In this document: positions 8,291 through 19,484 of the stretch, one piece after another | How positions within the stretch are numbered: the stretch's first letter is position 1 | Layout: every line of letters starts with the position of its first letter | Source of the DNA: Candidatus Nealsonbacteria bacterium | GTDB taxonomy: Bacteria; Patescibacteriota; Minisyncoccia; Minisyncoccales; MHMH01 | Length of the DNA stretch: 64,000 nt | Reading direction: 5' to 3' | Assembly (NCBI GenBank): GCA_016181965.1 | Contig: JACOYH010000003.1 | Span: 1,013-65,012 of the forward strand | Notes under the pieces: generated by a model | Told to the model about the DNA's origin: nothing | The model's input: only the letters and a program-made list of their open reading frames with translations | Database searches by the model: none | Program-made: the position numbers and the translations under genes

Positions 8291-11200
8291 ATGCGAGTAA
8301 TAGACCTTGAGGCAATCAGGATAAAACTTGCTTCTCCAGAAGACATTTTGCAGTGGTCCAAGGGCGAGGTGACCAAGCCCGAGACCATCAATTACCGGAC
8401 TCAAAAGCCCGAGAAAGACGGGCTGTTTTGCGAACGAATTTTTGGGCCGGAAAAGGACTACGAATGCTATTGCGGCAAGTACAGAAAGATTCGCTATAAA
8501 GGAGTCGTTTGCGATAAGTGCGGCGTTGAGGTGACGAAGTCGTCTGTGCGAAGAGAAAGAATGGGACACATAAAGTTGGCGGCGCCATGCTCGCATATTT
8601 GGTTTTTGAGGGGAGTGCCCTCAAGGATGGGCATGATGCTGGATATTCCTATGCAGCAGATGGAGCGAGTGATTTATTTTGCCAGCTACATTGTTACCAA
8701 GGTTGACGATGAGAGGAAGAAGTTTGCCTTGGAACAGTTGGAAAAAGAGTACAAGCAGAAACTAAAAGCGAAGTCAGCGACAATAGAGGCGCTCAAGGCG
8801 GCCAGATCGCGCGCCAAGGAAGAAATATCATCTATTAAGTTGATGAAGGTTCTTTCCGAGGCCGAATATCATCGCTATTCCTTAAAATACGGCGAGGTTT
8901 TTGACGCGGGCACCGGCGCGGAGGCATTGAGGAAAATATTCCAGGAGACCGATTTTAAAAAAGTCATCCATGATTTGGAACAAGGGGTTGAGTCGGCTTC
9001 TCCTATGAACAGAAAAAAAATACTGCGTCGTTTAAGGACGATTAAGTCCATGATGAAAGCGGGCATTAAAGCCGAATGGATGTTTTTGACAGTTTTGCCG
9101 GTGTTGCCCCCCGATTTGCGGCCCATGGTTCAGTTGGACGGAGGCAGGTACGCCTCTTCCGACCTCAATGATTTGTACAGGAGAGTCATCAACAGAAACA
9201 ACCGGCTTAAGTATTTGCTGGAAATCAACGCGCCTGATGTGATTGTCAGAAACGAAAAACGCATGCTTCAAGAAGCTGTTGACGCTTTGATTGACAACAG
9301 CATGAGAAAGGGGCAAGTGACAACGGCCACCACCGGCGGCAAGCGTTTGCTGAAATCATTGGCCGATATGCTGAAAGGAAAACAGGGAAGATTTAGGCAG
9401 AATCTTTTGGGCAAGAGAGTTGACTATTCGGGCAGGTCGGTGATTGTCGTTGGCCCGACTTTGCGGCTGCATCAGTGCGGCTTGCCAAAAAAAATGGCTC
9501 TGGAGCTTTTCAAGCCCTTTGTTATTAAAAAAATTCTTGACCAAGAATTGGCTTACAATGTCAGAGGCGCCTCCAAGCTTATTGAAGAGGCCCCTCCCGA
9601 GGTCTGGGCTATTCTGGAAGAAATCGCGAAAGACAAACTTGTGCTTTTGAATCGCGCTCCGACTCTGCACCGGCTGGGAATCCAGGCATTTCAGCCCACT
9701 CTTATCGAAGGCGAATCCATTCAGCTGCATCCTTTGGTTTGTAAGGCCTTTAACGCTGACTTCGATGGCGACCAAATGGCCGTTCATTTGCCGCTTTCAG
9801 ACGAAGCCCAAACAGAAGCCAGAGAAATTATGCTTTCTACTTTGAATATGCTTAAGCCCGCCACCGGCTCTCCGGTCATAAGTCCGACGAGGGACATAGT
9901 GCTGGGCGCTTTCTGGCTGACCAAATTAAAGCCCGGGGCTTTGGGCGAAGGCAAAATATTCGGGTCTAAAAACGAGGCCATTTTAGCAGCTGATACCGGC
10001 GCTATTGATTTGAGAGCTAAAATCAAACTGCACACGGATGGAAAAGTAATCGAGACCTCGGTTGGCAGAGTCCTTTTTGCCAATACTTTGCCCAAGGACT
10101 ATCCTTTCCAAAACGAGGATATGAATTCCAGAAAGCTGGACATAATAACCAGCGAGCTGACAGAAAAATATGATAACGATGTTGTTGAGGAGGCCTTAGA
10201 TAAGATGAAAAATCTTGGCTTTGAGTACGCCACGATCTCCGCCATCAGTTGGGGAATGGACGATTTAGTGGTGCCCGAAGAAAAAGGACAAATAATGGCC
10301 GAAGCCAAAAAGGCCATCGAAGTCATCGACGGCCATTACAAGAAAGGTCTCTTGTCAAAAGAAGAAAAGGCGGCTCAAGCTATCGAGGTGTGGCAAAAAG
10401 TCAAAGCGGAAATAGAAAAGAAAGTCACCCAGAGCTTGCCGCCCTTGGGGTCGGTTAAGGCCATTATCGATTCGGGTGCCAGGGGCACTTGGTCGCAGGT
10501 GGTTCAGATGACCGGCATGAAGGGTTTAGTGACTAATCCGGCCGGTGAAATTTTGGAATTGCCCGTCCGATCTTCATTTAAGGAGGGGTTTGATGTTTTG
10601 GAATATTTTATTTCCACCCACGGCGCCAGAAAGGGAACAGCCGACACTGCTTTAAGAACTTCGGCTGCCGGATATTTGACGAGGCGATTGGTGGACGTTG
10701 CCCATGATATGGTGGTGTCTGAAGAGGACTGCCATGACCAAAAAGGCATTGCGATTTACAAACAAGACGCCAAGGACTTGGGGCAAAATTTGGTTTTTAA
10801 GATTGTCGGCAGGGTCTCCTTGGAAGACATTAAAGATATTGTCAAAAAGGGCGAAGTGATTGATCGAAGCAAGGCCCACGCCATTACTGAAGCAGAAGAC
10901 GTAAAAATTATTAAGGTTCGCTCGGCTGTGTCCTGTAAAACAGTCGGCGGAGTTTGTCAAAAATGTTATGGCTGGGATTTGGGCGCCAACCAAATTGTAA
11001 AAATGGGCGAAGCGGTAGGCATAGTGGCGGCTCAAGCTATCGGCGAGCCCGGCACTCAGCTGACTATGCGTACTTTTCACACTGGCGGCGTGGCCGAAGG
11101 CGGCGACATTACGCAGGGCTTGCCTCGGGTAGAAGAGGTCTTTGAAGCAAGGATACCTTCGGGCAAAGCCGCTATTTCAGAAGTCGACGGCAAGGTCATA

Positions 11201-11836
11201 GAAATTACTTCAGACAGAGTCATTAGAATCCAGGCAAAGGCAGAGGATGCGGCCGTCAAAAAAACCAAAAAAGAAAAACAAGATATCGTAGAATATCAGG
11301 CGCCGCTCAAGAAAGCGATTTGGGTAGAAAAGGGGCAAGAGGTGAGAAGGGGCCAACAGCTTTACGAGGGCCACTTGGATCTGAAAGAGCTGTTTAAGCA
11401 GGTTGGCAAAGAAGAAATCCAGCGATATATTGTTCACGAAATTCAGAAAATATATGTGTCCCAAGGGGCTATCATCCACGATAAGCATGTCGAGGTGATA
11501 GTCAGGCAGATGTTTTCGCGCGTTAAAATAAAGGAAGCCGGGGGCAGCGCTTTCTCTGCGGGGGAGGTTTTAGAACTCGCAAGAGTGATGGAGGAGAATG
11601 AGCGATTAAAGAAGGAAAAGAAAGATCCCGCCACTTTCTACACCATACTTCTGGGCATCTCCAAGGTTTCTCTGACCACCGACAGTTTCCTTTCAGCCGC
11701 TTCTTTTCAAGAAACATCGCGCGTTCTCATTAAGGCAGCCATTGAAGGCAAGGAAGATAAACTGCGAGGCCTCAAAGAGAACGTCATCATCGGCAAACTC
11801 GTGCCCACCGGCACCGGCTATATCAAAAAGAAATAA
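8291..11836 (+). CDS. rpoC: DNA-directed RNA polymerase subunit beta'
   Basis: 1181 aa. Zn-finger YECYCGKY...CDKCG, catalytic NADFDGD motif, and trigger-loop/bridge-helix blocks. Confidence 0.95.
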   Translation: MRVIDLEAIRIKLASPEDILQWSKGEVTKPETINYRTQKPEKDGLFCERIFGPEKDYECYCGKYRKIRYKGVVCDKCGVEVTKSSVRRERMGHIKLAAPCSHIWFLRGVPSRMGMMLDIPMQQMERVIYFASYIVTKVDDERKKFALEQLEKEYKQKLKAKSATIEALKAARSRAKEEISSIKLMKVLSEAEYHRYSLKYGEVFDAGTGAEALRKIFQETDFKKVIHDLEQGVESASPMNRKKILRRLRTIKSMMKAGIKAEWMFLTVLPVLPPDLRPMVQLDGGRYASSDLNDLYRRVINRNNRLKYLLEINAPDVIVRNEKRMLQEAVDALIDNSMRKGQVTTATTGGKRLLKSLADMLKGKQGRFRQNLLGKRVDYSGRSVIVVGPTLRLHQCGLPKKMALELFKPFVIKKILDQELAYNVRGASKLIEEAPPEVWAILEEIAKDKLVLLNRAPTLHRLGIQAFQPTLIEGESIQLHPLVCKAFNADFDGDQMAVHLPLSDEAQTEAREIMLSTLNMLKPATGSPVISPTRDIVLGAFWLTKLKPGALGEGKIFGSKNEAILAADTGAIDLRAKIKLHTDGKVIETSVGRVLFANTLPKDYPFQNEDMNSRKLDIITSELTEKYDNDVVEEALDKMKNLGFEYATISAISWGMDDLVVPEEKGQIMAEAKKAIEVIDGHYKKGLLSKEEKAAQAIEVWQKVKAEIEKKVTQSLPPLGSVKAIIDSGARGTWSQVVQMTGMKGLVTNPAGEILELPVRSSFKEGFDVLEYFISTHGARKGTADTALRTSAAGYLTRRLVDVAHDMVVSEEDCHDQKGIAIYKQDAKDLGQNLVFKIVGRVSLEDIKDIVKKGEVIDRSKAHAITEAEDVKIIKVRSAVSCKTVGGVCQKCYGWDLGANQIVKMGEAVGIVAAQAIGEPGTQLTMRTFHTGGVAEGGDITQGLPRVEEVFEARIPSGKAAISEVDGKVIEITSDRVIRIQAKAEDAAVKKTKKEKQDIVEYQAPLKKAIWVEKGQEVRRGQQLYEGHLDLKELFKQVGKEEIQRYIVHEIQKIYVSQGAIIHDKHVEVIVRQMFSRVKIKEAGGSAFSAGEVLELARVMEENERLKKEKKDPATFYTILLGISKVSLTTDSFLSAASFQETSRVLIKAAIEGKEDKLRGLKENVIIGKLVPTGTGYIKKK

Positions 11837-11852
11837 AACCCCCTAGGAAGGA

Positions 11853-11873
11853 TTGCTTAGCTAAGCTAAGCAA
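11853..11873. repeat. REP-A copy 1 (loop TAA)
   Basis: TTGCTTAGC-TAA-GCTAAGCAA: 9-bp stem, 3-nt loop. Confidence 0.9.
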
Positions 11874-11890
11874 CTCGAATCAACTGAAGA

Positions 11891-11925
11891 ATCGCCTATG
11901 GACTTTCTGGCCAGGCGATTTTTTG
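11891..11925 (+). terminator. rpoC terminator
   Basis: ATCGCCT...AGGCGAT stem followed by TTTTTT. Confidence 0.6.
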
Positions 11926-11935
11926 GTATTATTAA

Positions 11936-11958
11936 GTTGCTTAGCTTAGCTAAGCAAC
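11936..11958. repeat. REP-A copy 2 (loop TTA)
   Basis: GTTGCTTAGC-TTA-GCTAAGCAAC. Ends 4 nt before the RAYT ATG. Confidence 0.9.
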
Positions 11959-11962
11959 TCAT

Positions 11963-12682
11963 ATGAGGGCAATTAAATTTGTACCAGGGCATTTTTATCA
12001 TATTTATAATCGAGGTGTTGATAAAAGGAATATTTTTAGAGATGAAACCGACAGGTGGCGCTGCTTGCAGGGTTTATGCCTTTTTAATGACGAGAAGAAT
12101 TCCAGTAATATTCTTTGGCAGATAGAGAAAAGTCGTGGCGAAGTAAATCTTAAGATATTAAAAGATTATCTCATTAAGGAAGGGAAGAAACCTATAGTAC
12201 ATATTTTGGCTTATTCTTTAATGCCGAATCATTACCATTTATTAGTGAAAGAATTTACCGCAGGAGGAATTACTAAGTTTATGCATAAGTTTGGCGGAGG
12301 ATATACGCGCTATTTTAATAATAAACATAGCCGCTCCGGTAGTTTGTTCGAGGGTTCATTTAAGGCGGTGCAGGTCGATAATGAGATTTATCTCCAATAT
12401 CTTTTAGTTTATATTAATGTAATAAATCCCGGCCAATTAATAGAGCCCAAACTCAAGGACGAAGGCATTAAGGACGTGACCGCATTAGTAAACGCCGTCG
12501 ATGGATGTCCTTGGACTACTCATCAGGAATACTCCGGAAATAGGGGTTCAATCATCATTGACGAGGAAATGTTAAATGAGTTTTTTTCAACTCCCGAAAA
12601 GTACCGTGATTTTGTCTGGCAAGTTTTGGCGGATAAGAAATATCAGGCAATTACGCATCTGACTATTGAGAAAACAGATTAA
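11963..12682 (+). CDS. IS200/IS605-like Y1 (HUH) transposase of the REP-associated tyrosine transposase (RAYT) type
   Basis: 239 aa. N-terminal HFYHIYNRGV, HUH motif MPNHYHLLV, and candidate catalytic Tyr in LLVYINVINP. Confidence 0.7.
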   Translation: MRAIKFVPGHFYHIYNRGVDKRNIFRDETDRWRCLQGLCLFNDEKNSSNILWQIEKSRGEVNLKILKDYLIKEGKKPIVHILAYSLMPNHYHLLVKEFTAGGITKFMHKFGGGYTRYFNNKHSRSGSLFEGSFKAVQVDNEIYLQYLLVYINVINPGQLIEPKLKDEGIKDVTALVNAVDGCPWTTHQEYSGNRGSIIIDEEMLNEFFSTPEKYRDFVWQVLADKKYQAITHLTIEKTD

Positions 12683-12683
12683 A

Positions 12684-12706
12684 GTTGCTTAGCTTAGCTA
12701 AGCAAC
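12684..12706. repeat. REP-A copy 3 (loop TTA)
   Basis: GTTGCTTAGC-TTA-GCTAAGCAAC. Starts 1 nt after the RAYT stop codon. Confidence 0.9.
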
Positions 12707-12748
12707 GCTCTATTGGAAAGATATATGCGGTTATGGTAAAATGGGTAA

Positions 12749-14944
12749 ATGGCAAAGAAAAAAGTCCGTCAGGCGGCGGAAAAAAAGAAAGAGATACGGC
12801 TGAAAGAAAACAGGATAAGAAAGAAGGGTCCGTCCCGCTTCGCTCTGCCCGACGAAATTAAGCAACTCATTTGGGCTATCGGCCTGTTTTTGGCAGCGAT
12901 TATTGTTGGCTTGTCATTTTTTGGATTGGCGGGCAAGGGAGGCGAACTTTTTATGAAGACAGCGGTCTTTATTCTTGGCAAAGCGGCCTTTGGCCTGCCC
13001 TTGTTTTTGATTTTGGGAGGACTGGCGCTTTTCGGCAAAAAATATCAAAACAGATGGCCAGTGGCCTTGGCGTTGTTTCTTTTGATTTTCGGCGTGACCG
13101 GCACCCTTGAGGTTATTAATCATGCGACAAGGATGGGCGGCTGGCTGGGATATTTGGTTGCCTGGCCACTGCTTAAGATTTTTGGCATAATTGCTACCCA
13201 AGTTATTCTTGCCGGCTTTGCCGTTATTGGCTTGGCGATTCTTTGGCAATTCTTGTATCGCCCCCGGGAAGAGCAGGACGAGGTTGAGATAAGAACGCAA
13301 GAAGCGGGGGAGCCGCTGATAAAAAAAATATTCGGGCCCAAATTTAAAGTTCAGCCGGTAGAAGCCACGCAAACCAATTATGGCGGAGAGGCGGTTGCTG
13401 TTCAGGACCAGAAAGAACAGAAAGAGCGCGAGCCGCAATTGGATCTAAGGCCCAAACCGGCGACAGGCCTGGCTGGCAGCGCTTATCATTTTCCGCCCCT
13501 CGACCTTTTGGAAAACGATAAGGGCGTGCCCACCACAGGTGACATCAGAATCAATTCTGCAATCATCAAAAGAACCCTCCAGAATTTTGACATTCAGGTT
13601 GAAATGTCGGAGATAAATATTGGCCCGACTGTGACTCAATATACTCTTAAGCCGGCCGAAGGAGTCAAGCTAACCAAAATTACTTCCTTAAGCAATGATT
13701 TGTCTTTGGCTTTGGCCGCCCATCCCATAAGAATTGAGGCGCCTATTCCGGGCAGACCCTTGGTGGGTATTGAGGTGCCAAATAAAAGCAGAACAGCCGT
13801 GCGGCTGCGAAATCTTATGGAGCACCAAAATTTCCAAAATGCTTCATCCACTTTGACTTTGGCCCTAGGCAGAGACGTGGCTGGCTCTGCTACTTTCGCC
13901 GATCTCGCCAAAATGCCGCACTTATTGGTGGCGGGCGCCACCGGCACCGGAAAAACCATTTGCTTAAACACCATTATCATGAGTTTATTGTATCAAAATT
14001 CGCCCGAGACCTTGCGTTTGATTATGATTGACCCCAAGAGGGTGGAGTTTCCAATTTATAATGACATTCCGCATCTTTTAACTCCGGTTATCTTTGATGC
14101 CCAGCGGTCGGTGAACGCTTTCAAGTGGCTGATAGGCGAGATGGAAAGAAGGTTTGAGGTTTTGTCTGCCGTTAAAGCGCGAGACCTCGGCAGCTACAAC
14201 GAAATAATGGCAAAAGAAGGGTCGGAGCTTCTTCCTTATATTGTTTTGGTCGTTGATGAACTTGCCGACTTAATGGTATCGCGAGGCAGAGACATTGAGG
14301 CGGCTGTTGTGCGGCTGGCGCAAATGGCGAGAGCCGTTGGCATACATTTGGTGCTGGCCACCCAAAGGCCCTCTGTCGAAGTTATTACCGGCCTAATCAA
14401 AGCGAATATCACATCAAGAATAACTTTCCAGGTTGCTTCGCAGGTTGACTCAAGAACGATTTTGGACGCGGCCGGCGCTGAAAAATTATTAGGGGCCGGA
14501 GATATGCTTTTCTTGTCAGCCGAAATATCAAAACCAAAGAGAGCGCAAGCCGCCTACGCTTCCGACAAAGAAGTAAAGAAAGTCATTAAGTTTATTAAGA
14601 CAGAGAATCCGCCAGCCGATGAGCCAGTTAGCGAAAAGGAGACCTTGCCAGATATAACAGATAGCTTAGAAAAGACATTAGAAGTGGGCGCTGACGGTTT
14701 TACAATGGGCGGCGACGATCCGCTTTATGATGAAGCAAGGCGGACAGTTATAGAGTCAAAAAAGGCATCGGCTTCTCTTTTGCAGAGGCGGCTGCGAGTC
14801 GGCTATGCGAGAGCGGCTCGGCTGATTGACATGCTTGAAGAGAAGGGAGTAGTTGGGCCGGGAGAAGGCGCCAAGCCACGCGAGATTATCGCCACCACCG
14901 CGGAAGTTGGCGAAATCGGCAATGACGACTGGCAGAAAGTGTAA
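12749..14944 (+). CDS. ftsK: DNA translocase FtsK/SpoIIIE
   Basis: 731 aa. N-terminal TM helices, motor domain with Walker A GATGTGKT, and a C-terminal gamma (winged-helix) domain LLQRRLRVGYARAARLID. Confidence 0.93.
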   Translation: MAKKKVRQAAEKKKEIRLKENRIRKKGPSRFALPDEIKQLIWAIGLFLAAIIVGLSFFGLAGKGGELFMKTAVFILGKAAFGLPLFLILGGLALFGKKYQNRWPVALALFLLIFGVTGTLEVINHATRMGGWLGYLVAWPLLKIFGIIATQVILAGFAVIGLAILWQFLYRPREEQDEVEIRTQEAGEPLIKKIFGPKFKVQPVEATQTNYGGEAVAVQDQKEQKEREPQLDLRPKPATGLAGSAYHFPPLDLLENDKGVPTTGDIRINSAIIKRTLQNFDIQVEMSEINIGPTVTQYTLKPAEGVKLTKITSLSNDLSLALAAHPIRIEAPIPGRPLVGIEVPNKSRTAVRLRNLMEHQNFQNASSTLTLALGRDVAGSATFADLAKMPHLLVAGATGTGKTICLNTIIMSLLYQNSPETLRLIMIDPKRVEFPIYNDIPHLLTPVIFDAQRSVNAFKWLIGEMERRFEVLSAVKARDLGSYNEIMAKEGSELLPYIVLVVDELADLMVSRGRDIEAAVVRLAQMARAVGIHLVLATQRPSVEVITGLIKANITSRITFQVASQVDSRTILDAAGAEKLLGAGDMLFLSAEISKPKRAQAAYASDKEVKKVIKFIKTENPPADEPVSEKETLPDITDSLEKTLEVGADGFTMGGDDPLYDEARRTVIESKKASASLLQRRLRVGYARAARLIDMLEEKGVVGPGEGAKPREIIATTAEVGEIGNDDWQKV

Positions 14945-14956
14945 TACAATAGAATT

Positions 14957-15964
14957 ATGGCTAAACAAAAAAAGGAAAAACCGGAGTTAAAAGATTTGCA
15001 GGAGGCGGTGGAAGAAATTAAACAGCGCTTTGGCGAAGGAGCTATTATGAAGTTAAGGGATGTGAGGCCGGTTGACGTTGATGTCATTCCTACCGGTTCC
15101 ATTTCGCTTAATTTGGCTTTGGGAGTTGGGGGAGTGCCTCGGGGCAGAATGATTGAGGTCTTCGGCCCGGAAAGTTCGGGTAAGAGCACATTGGCTTTGC
15201 ATATCTGCGCCGAGGCGCAAAAGAAGAACGGCGTTTCGGCTTTTATTGACGCAGAACACGCTCTCGACCCCGACTACGCAAAAAAGATAGGAGTAAATGT
15301 TGAAGACCTTTTAATATCGCAGCCCGATTCCGGCGAACAGGCCCTGCAAATTGTTGAGACGTTGGTCAGGTCGGGAGAAGTTGATGTGATTGTCATTGAT
15401 TCGGTGGCCGCTCTTACGCCAAAAACAGAAATTGCCGGCGAAATAGGCGATCAGCATATCGGCCTACAGGCCCGACTGATGTCGCAGGCCCTGAGAAAAC
15501 TAACTAGTGTTATTGCCAAGACAAAGACATCGGTCGTATTTTTGAACCAAACCAGAATGAAAGTCGGCATTATGTTTGGCAATCCGGAAACCACGCCCGG
15601 TGGCTTGGCTCTTAAATTTTATTCTTCTGTCAGGGTTGATTTGCGAAGAATAGCTCAAATCAAGCAGGGAGAGCAAATAGTTGGCTCGAGGATACGAGCG
15701 AAAATAGTCAAAAATAAAGTTGCCGCTCCCTTTAAAACCTGCGAATTTGATATTTATTACAATGAGGGTATTTCTTATCTCGGGGACTTATTGAATACCG
15801 GCTTGCGAATCGGGATTATCCAAAAAGCGGGCAGTTGGTTTCAGTTTGAAAACCAAAAGTTGGGACAGGGAGTTGAGGGAGCGAAAAAATTCCTTCAAGA
15901 AAAAGAAAATGTTGCTTTTAAAAAACAAATAGAAACGGCTATATCAAAAGCCGAGTTGATTTAG
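14957..15964 (+). CDS. recA: Recombinase RecA
   Basis: 335 aa with [12 protein letters not shown] and the FINQ(T/I)R-like block [10 protein letters not shown]. Confidence 0.97.
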   Translation: MAKQKKEKPELKDLQEAVEEIKQRFGEGAIMKLRDVRPVDVDVIPTGSISLNLALGVGGVPRGRMIEVFGPESSGKSTLALHICAEAQKKNGVSAFIDAEHALDPDYAKKIGVNVEDLLISQPDSGEQALQIVETLVRSGEVDVIVIDSVAALTPKTEIAGEIGDQHIGLQARLMSQALRKLTSVIAKTKTSVVFLNQTRMKVGIMFGNPETTPGGLALKFYSSVRVDLRRIAQIKQGEQIVGSRIRAKIVKNKVAAPFKTCEFDIYYNEGISYLGDLLNTGLRIGIIQKAGSWFQFENQKLGQGVEGAKKFLQEKENVAFKKQIETAISKAELI

Positions 15965-15966
15965 AT

Positions 15967-16170
15967 TTAGTGTGATTTTCTGGTAGGCGAGAGGAGTCCC
16001 AAGTGTCTTGCTCTTTTTACCGCCCCTGACATCATTCTTTGGTGCTTTGCGCAAAGGCCCGTTTTTTTTCTGGGACGAATTTTGCCTAAGCTCGAAATGA
16101 AGCGGTTGAGCAAGTCCGTTTCTTTAAAATCAACCTCTTGAATGTTTTTTTTGCAAAAATAGCAATCCAT
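15967..16170 (-). CDS. rpsR: 30S ribosomal protein S18
   Basis: 67 aa with C.FC...DFK....L..FIS..GKI.PR..TGLCAKHQR. Confidence 0.9.
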   Translation of the reverse strand: MDCYFCKKNIQEVDFKETDLLNRFISSLGKIRPRKKTGLCAKHQRMMSGAVKRARHLGLLSPTRKSH

Positions 16171-16175
16171 AATCC

Positions 16176-17022
<847 letters not shown>

Positions 17023-17083
17023 AATTTCTAACATTGTAGCACAAGCGCTGTATTTGGCAAGGCGTTTAAGATATAATAAAAAA

Positions 17084-18517
17084 ATGAAAATCAATCCTTA
17101 TATTTTCAGGGGGTATGACATAAGGGGGGAGGTAGACAAGGATTTAACGGAGGAAAATGTTGAATATATCGGCAGGGCCTTTGGCGCCTATCTCAAACGC
17201 CGCGGTATTAAAAAGACGGTAGTCGGCCGCGACTGCCGGCTAAGCAGTCCCGCATACAGTCGAGCCATTATTGGTGGTTTAACTTGGGCGGGGCTCGATG
17301 TCGTTGACATCGGCATGGAACTTGTCGGGACTTTTTATTGGTCGCAATACTACCTGAACTGCCGGGGCGGAGTTTATATTACCGCTTCTCATAATCCGGC
17401 AAAATATAATGGTTTTAAGCTGGCCAATGATTTCTCGGAAACATTGGTATCCGAGGGTATTCAAGAGTTGCGAGCGATGATTGAAAAAGAGGATCATGAA
17501 AAAGGGCACGCGCCCGGCCAAGTGAAAGAACAAAGCGTTCGGCAGGCGTATTTTGACGATTTATTACAGAGGGTTGCCTTTCAAAAGGACTTTAAAATTG
17601 TTGTTGACGCCGGCTTTGCCACAGCCGGAGTCATTGCCCCTGCCTTGTTGCGTAAAACAGGCGCCGAAGTTATCGAACATAATTGCGCGGTTGACCCCCT
17701 TTTTCCGCTGGGCGCTCCCGATCCTATTTCTATGGAGATGGCGCAGCGCTTGAGCAAGAAAGTGATGTCAGAAAAAGCCGATATTGGCTTTTCTTATGAC
17801 AGCGACGGCGATAGGATCGGCATAGTCGACGACAACGGGCGGATTATCTGGAACGATGTGCTATTGGCGCTTTTTGCCATTGACGTTTTAGACGAGCATC
17901 CCGGGGCCACGATTATGTACAACACTCTTTGTTCGAAAGTTGTTGAAGAGACCATTATAAAATACGGCGGTCGGCCTTTTATGTGGAGGGTGGGGCATTC
18001 ATTTTTGAAAAAGAAAAATCAGGAAATCAAAGCCGCTTTCATCGGAGAATTGTCGGGCCATTTCTTTTTTTCGGCTGATTTTTACAATCACGACGATGGC
18101 CTTTACTCCACTCTGCGCTTGTTAAAGTACCTGGCAAAATCAGAACAATCGCTTTCTTCCGCCATTGATGACTTGCCCAAATATATTTCAAGCCCGGAGA
18201 TTAAAATATATTGCGCCGACGACAAAAAAGTGGCCTTGATAAAAAAGATTGTTCCCGTGCTCAATAAAGATTTCCCCGAGGCGGAAGTTATTGATGATGA
18301 GAGGGCGGGTGATGGCGTTCGGCTCAACTTAGATAAGGCCATGTTTGTGATTCGCTATTCGCAAAATGCGCCCTATTTAACTATAAAATTTGAAGCCAAA
18401 ACCCAACAGGACTATGATTATTTAAGACAATATATTTCTAAACTGCTTCACGGTTATAAAGAAATTGATTGGCAGTCAGAAATAAACGTTAATCTTCAGT
18501 CATTGGAATTAGAATAG
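17084..18517 (+). CDS. Phosphoglucomutase/phosphomannomutase
   Basis: Active-site TASHNP(A)KYNGFK and the four-domain alpha-D-phosphohexomutase pattern. The ATG at 17084 is 6 nt after TATAAT (17072-17077). Confidence 0.88.
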   Translation: MKINPYIFRGYDIRGEVDKDLTEENVEYIGRAFGAYLKRRGIKKTVVGRDCRLSSPAYSRAIIGGLTWAGLDVVDIGMELVGTFYWSQYYLNCRGGVYITASHNPAKYNGFKLANDFSETLVSEGIQELRAMIEKEDHEKGHAPGQVKEQSVRQAYFDDLLQRVAFQKDFKIVVDAGFATAGVIAPALLRKTGAEVIEHNCAVDPLFPLGAPDPISMEMAQRLSKKVMSEKADIGFSYDSDGDRIGIVDDNGRIIWNDVLLALFAIDVLDEHPGATIMYNTLCSKVVEETIIKYGGRPFMWRVGHSFLKKKNQEIKAAFIGELSGHFFFSADFYNHDDGLYSTLRLLKYLAKSEQSLSSAIDDLPKYISSPEIKIYCADDKKVALIKKIVPVLNKDFPEAEVIDDERAGDGVRLNLDKAMFVIRYSQNAPYLTIKFEAKTQQDYDYLRQYISKLLHGYKEIDWQSEINVNLQSLELE

Positions 18518-19483
18518 TCCCATTTTTTTGCGGACTTCCTCCATGGTAGTTTGGGCTATGGTTTCTGCTCTTTTCCTTCCCCTCTCTAATATTTCTTTTA
18601 CGTAAATTTCCCGGGCCAGAAGTTCTTTTTTCTTTCTTCTAAATGGTTCTAATTGTATAACAAGAAGTTCGGCCAGTTGTTTTTTGAGGTCGGCGTACCC
18701 CTTGCCGCCGAATTGCTTTTCGATTTCCTTAATGGGCCGTCCGCTAAAAGAAGAATAAATGACCAAGAGGTTTGCAATGCCCGGCTTTTTGACCGGGTCG
18801 TATTTGACGGTTTTTCCGGTATCGGTGACGGCCGACATTATTTTTTTCTTAATTGCATCGGGTTCATCAAAAATATAGAGACAGGACTGCGGGTCCGATT
18901 TGGACATCTTTTTCTTTGGATTACTAAGGGCCATGATTTTAGCGCCCTCTTGCAAAATCAGGGCCTCGGGCACTTTGAACGTCTCGCCGTATCGCTGATT
19001 GAATTTTCGGGCAATGGTTTTAGTCAGCTCAAGATGCTGCTGCTGGTCTTTGCCCACGGGCACTGATTCGGTTTGGTATAAGAGTATGTCAGCCGCTTGC
19101 AGGACGGGGTAGTTTAAAAGGCCGGCATTGATGTTTTTTCTGAATTGTTTTGATTTATCTTTGTATTGCGTCATTCGTTCAAGTTCGGCGATAGGAGTAA
19201 TCGTGTTAAGCAGCCAGCAAAGTTCTGCGTGTTCTTTAATCTGTGACTGTATAAAAATGACGCATTTTTCAGGGTCCAAGCCGGCGGCCAGCAGTTCTAT
19301 TGCCGTGTCGAGCGTTTGCTTGGGGAAGTCCTTGGCCTCTTGAGGAATAGTTAAGGCATGCAGATCAGCGATAAAAAAAATGCACTCCCCGGCTTTTTGG
19401 AGTTCTCTCCACTGCGATATAGCCCCTATATAGGCCCCAATATGGATGGAGCCGGTTGGCTGTATTCCAGATAGGATTCTCAT
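18509..19483 (-). CDS. trpS: Tryptophan--tRNA ligase
   Basis: 324 aa. Class I motifs: HIGH-like PTGSIHIGAY and KMSKS. Confidence 0.93.
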   Translation of the reverse strand: MRILSGIQPTGSIHIGAYIGAISQWRELQKAGECIFFIADLHALTIPQEAKDFPKQTLDTAIELLAAGLDPEKCVIFIQSQIKEHAELCWLLNTITPIAELERMTQYKDKSKQFRKNINAGLLNYPVLQAADILLYQTESVPVGKDQQQHLELTKTIARKFNQRYGETFKVPEALILQEGAKIMALSNPKKKMSKSDPQSCLYIFDEPDAIKKKIMSAVTDTGKTVKYDPVKKPGIANLLVIYSSFSGRPIKEIEKQFGGKGYADLKKQLAELLVIQLEPFRRKKKELLAREIYVKEILERGRKRAETIAQTTMEEVRKKMGLF

Positions 19484-19484
19484 T

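Larger units (their letters stand above)
11853..12706 (+). mobile_element. REP-A / RAYT unit: a Y1 HUH transposase gene bracketed within 1-4 nt by REP-A palindromes
   Basis: REP-A copies lie at 11853-11873, 11936-11958 and 12684-12706 around CDS 11963-12682. Confidence 0.6.

Noticed and set aside
5554-11717. Numerous 60-175-aa ORFs on both strands inside rpoB and rpoC (for example 5792-6313-, 7452-7970-, 9356-9787-, 10652-11080-)
   Set aside because: They lie entirely within strongly supported long genes, have low-complexity or Arg/Ser-rich compositions and have no signals. They are shadow ORFs.
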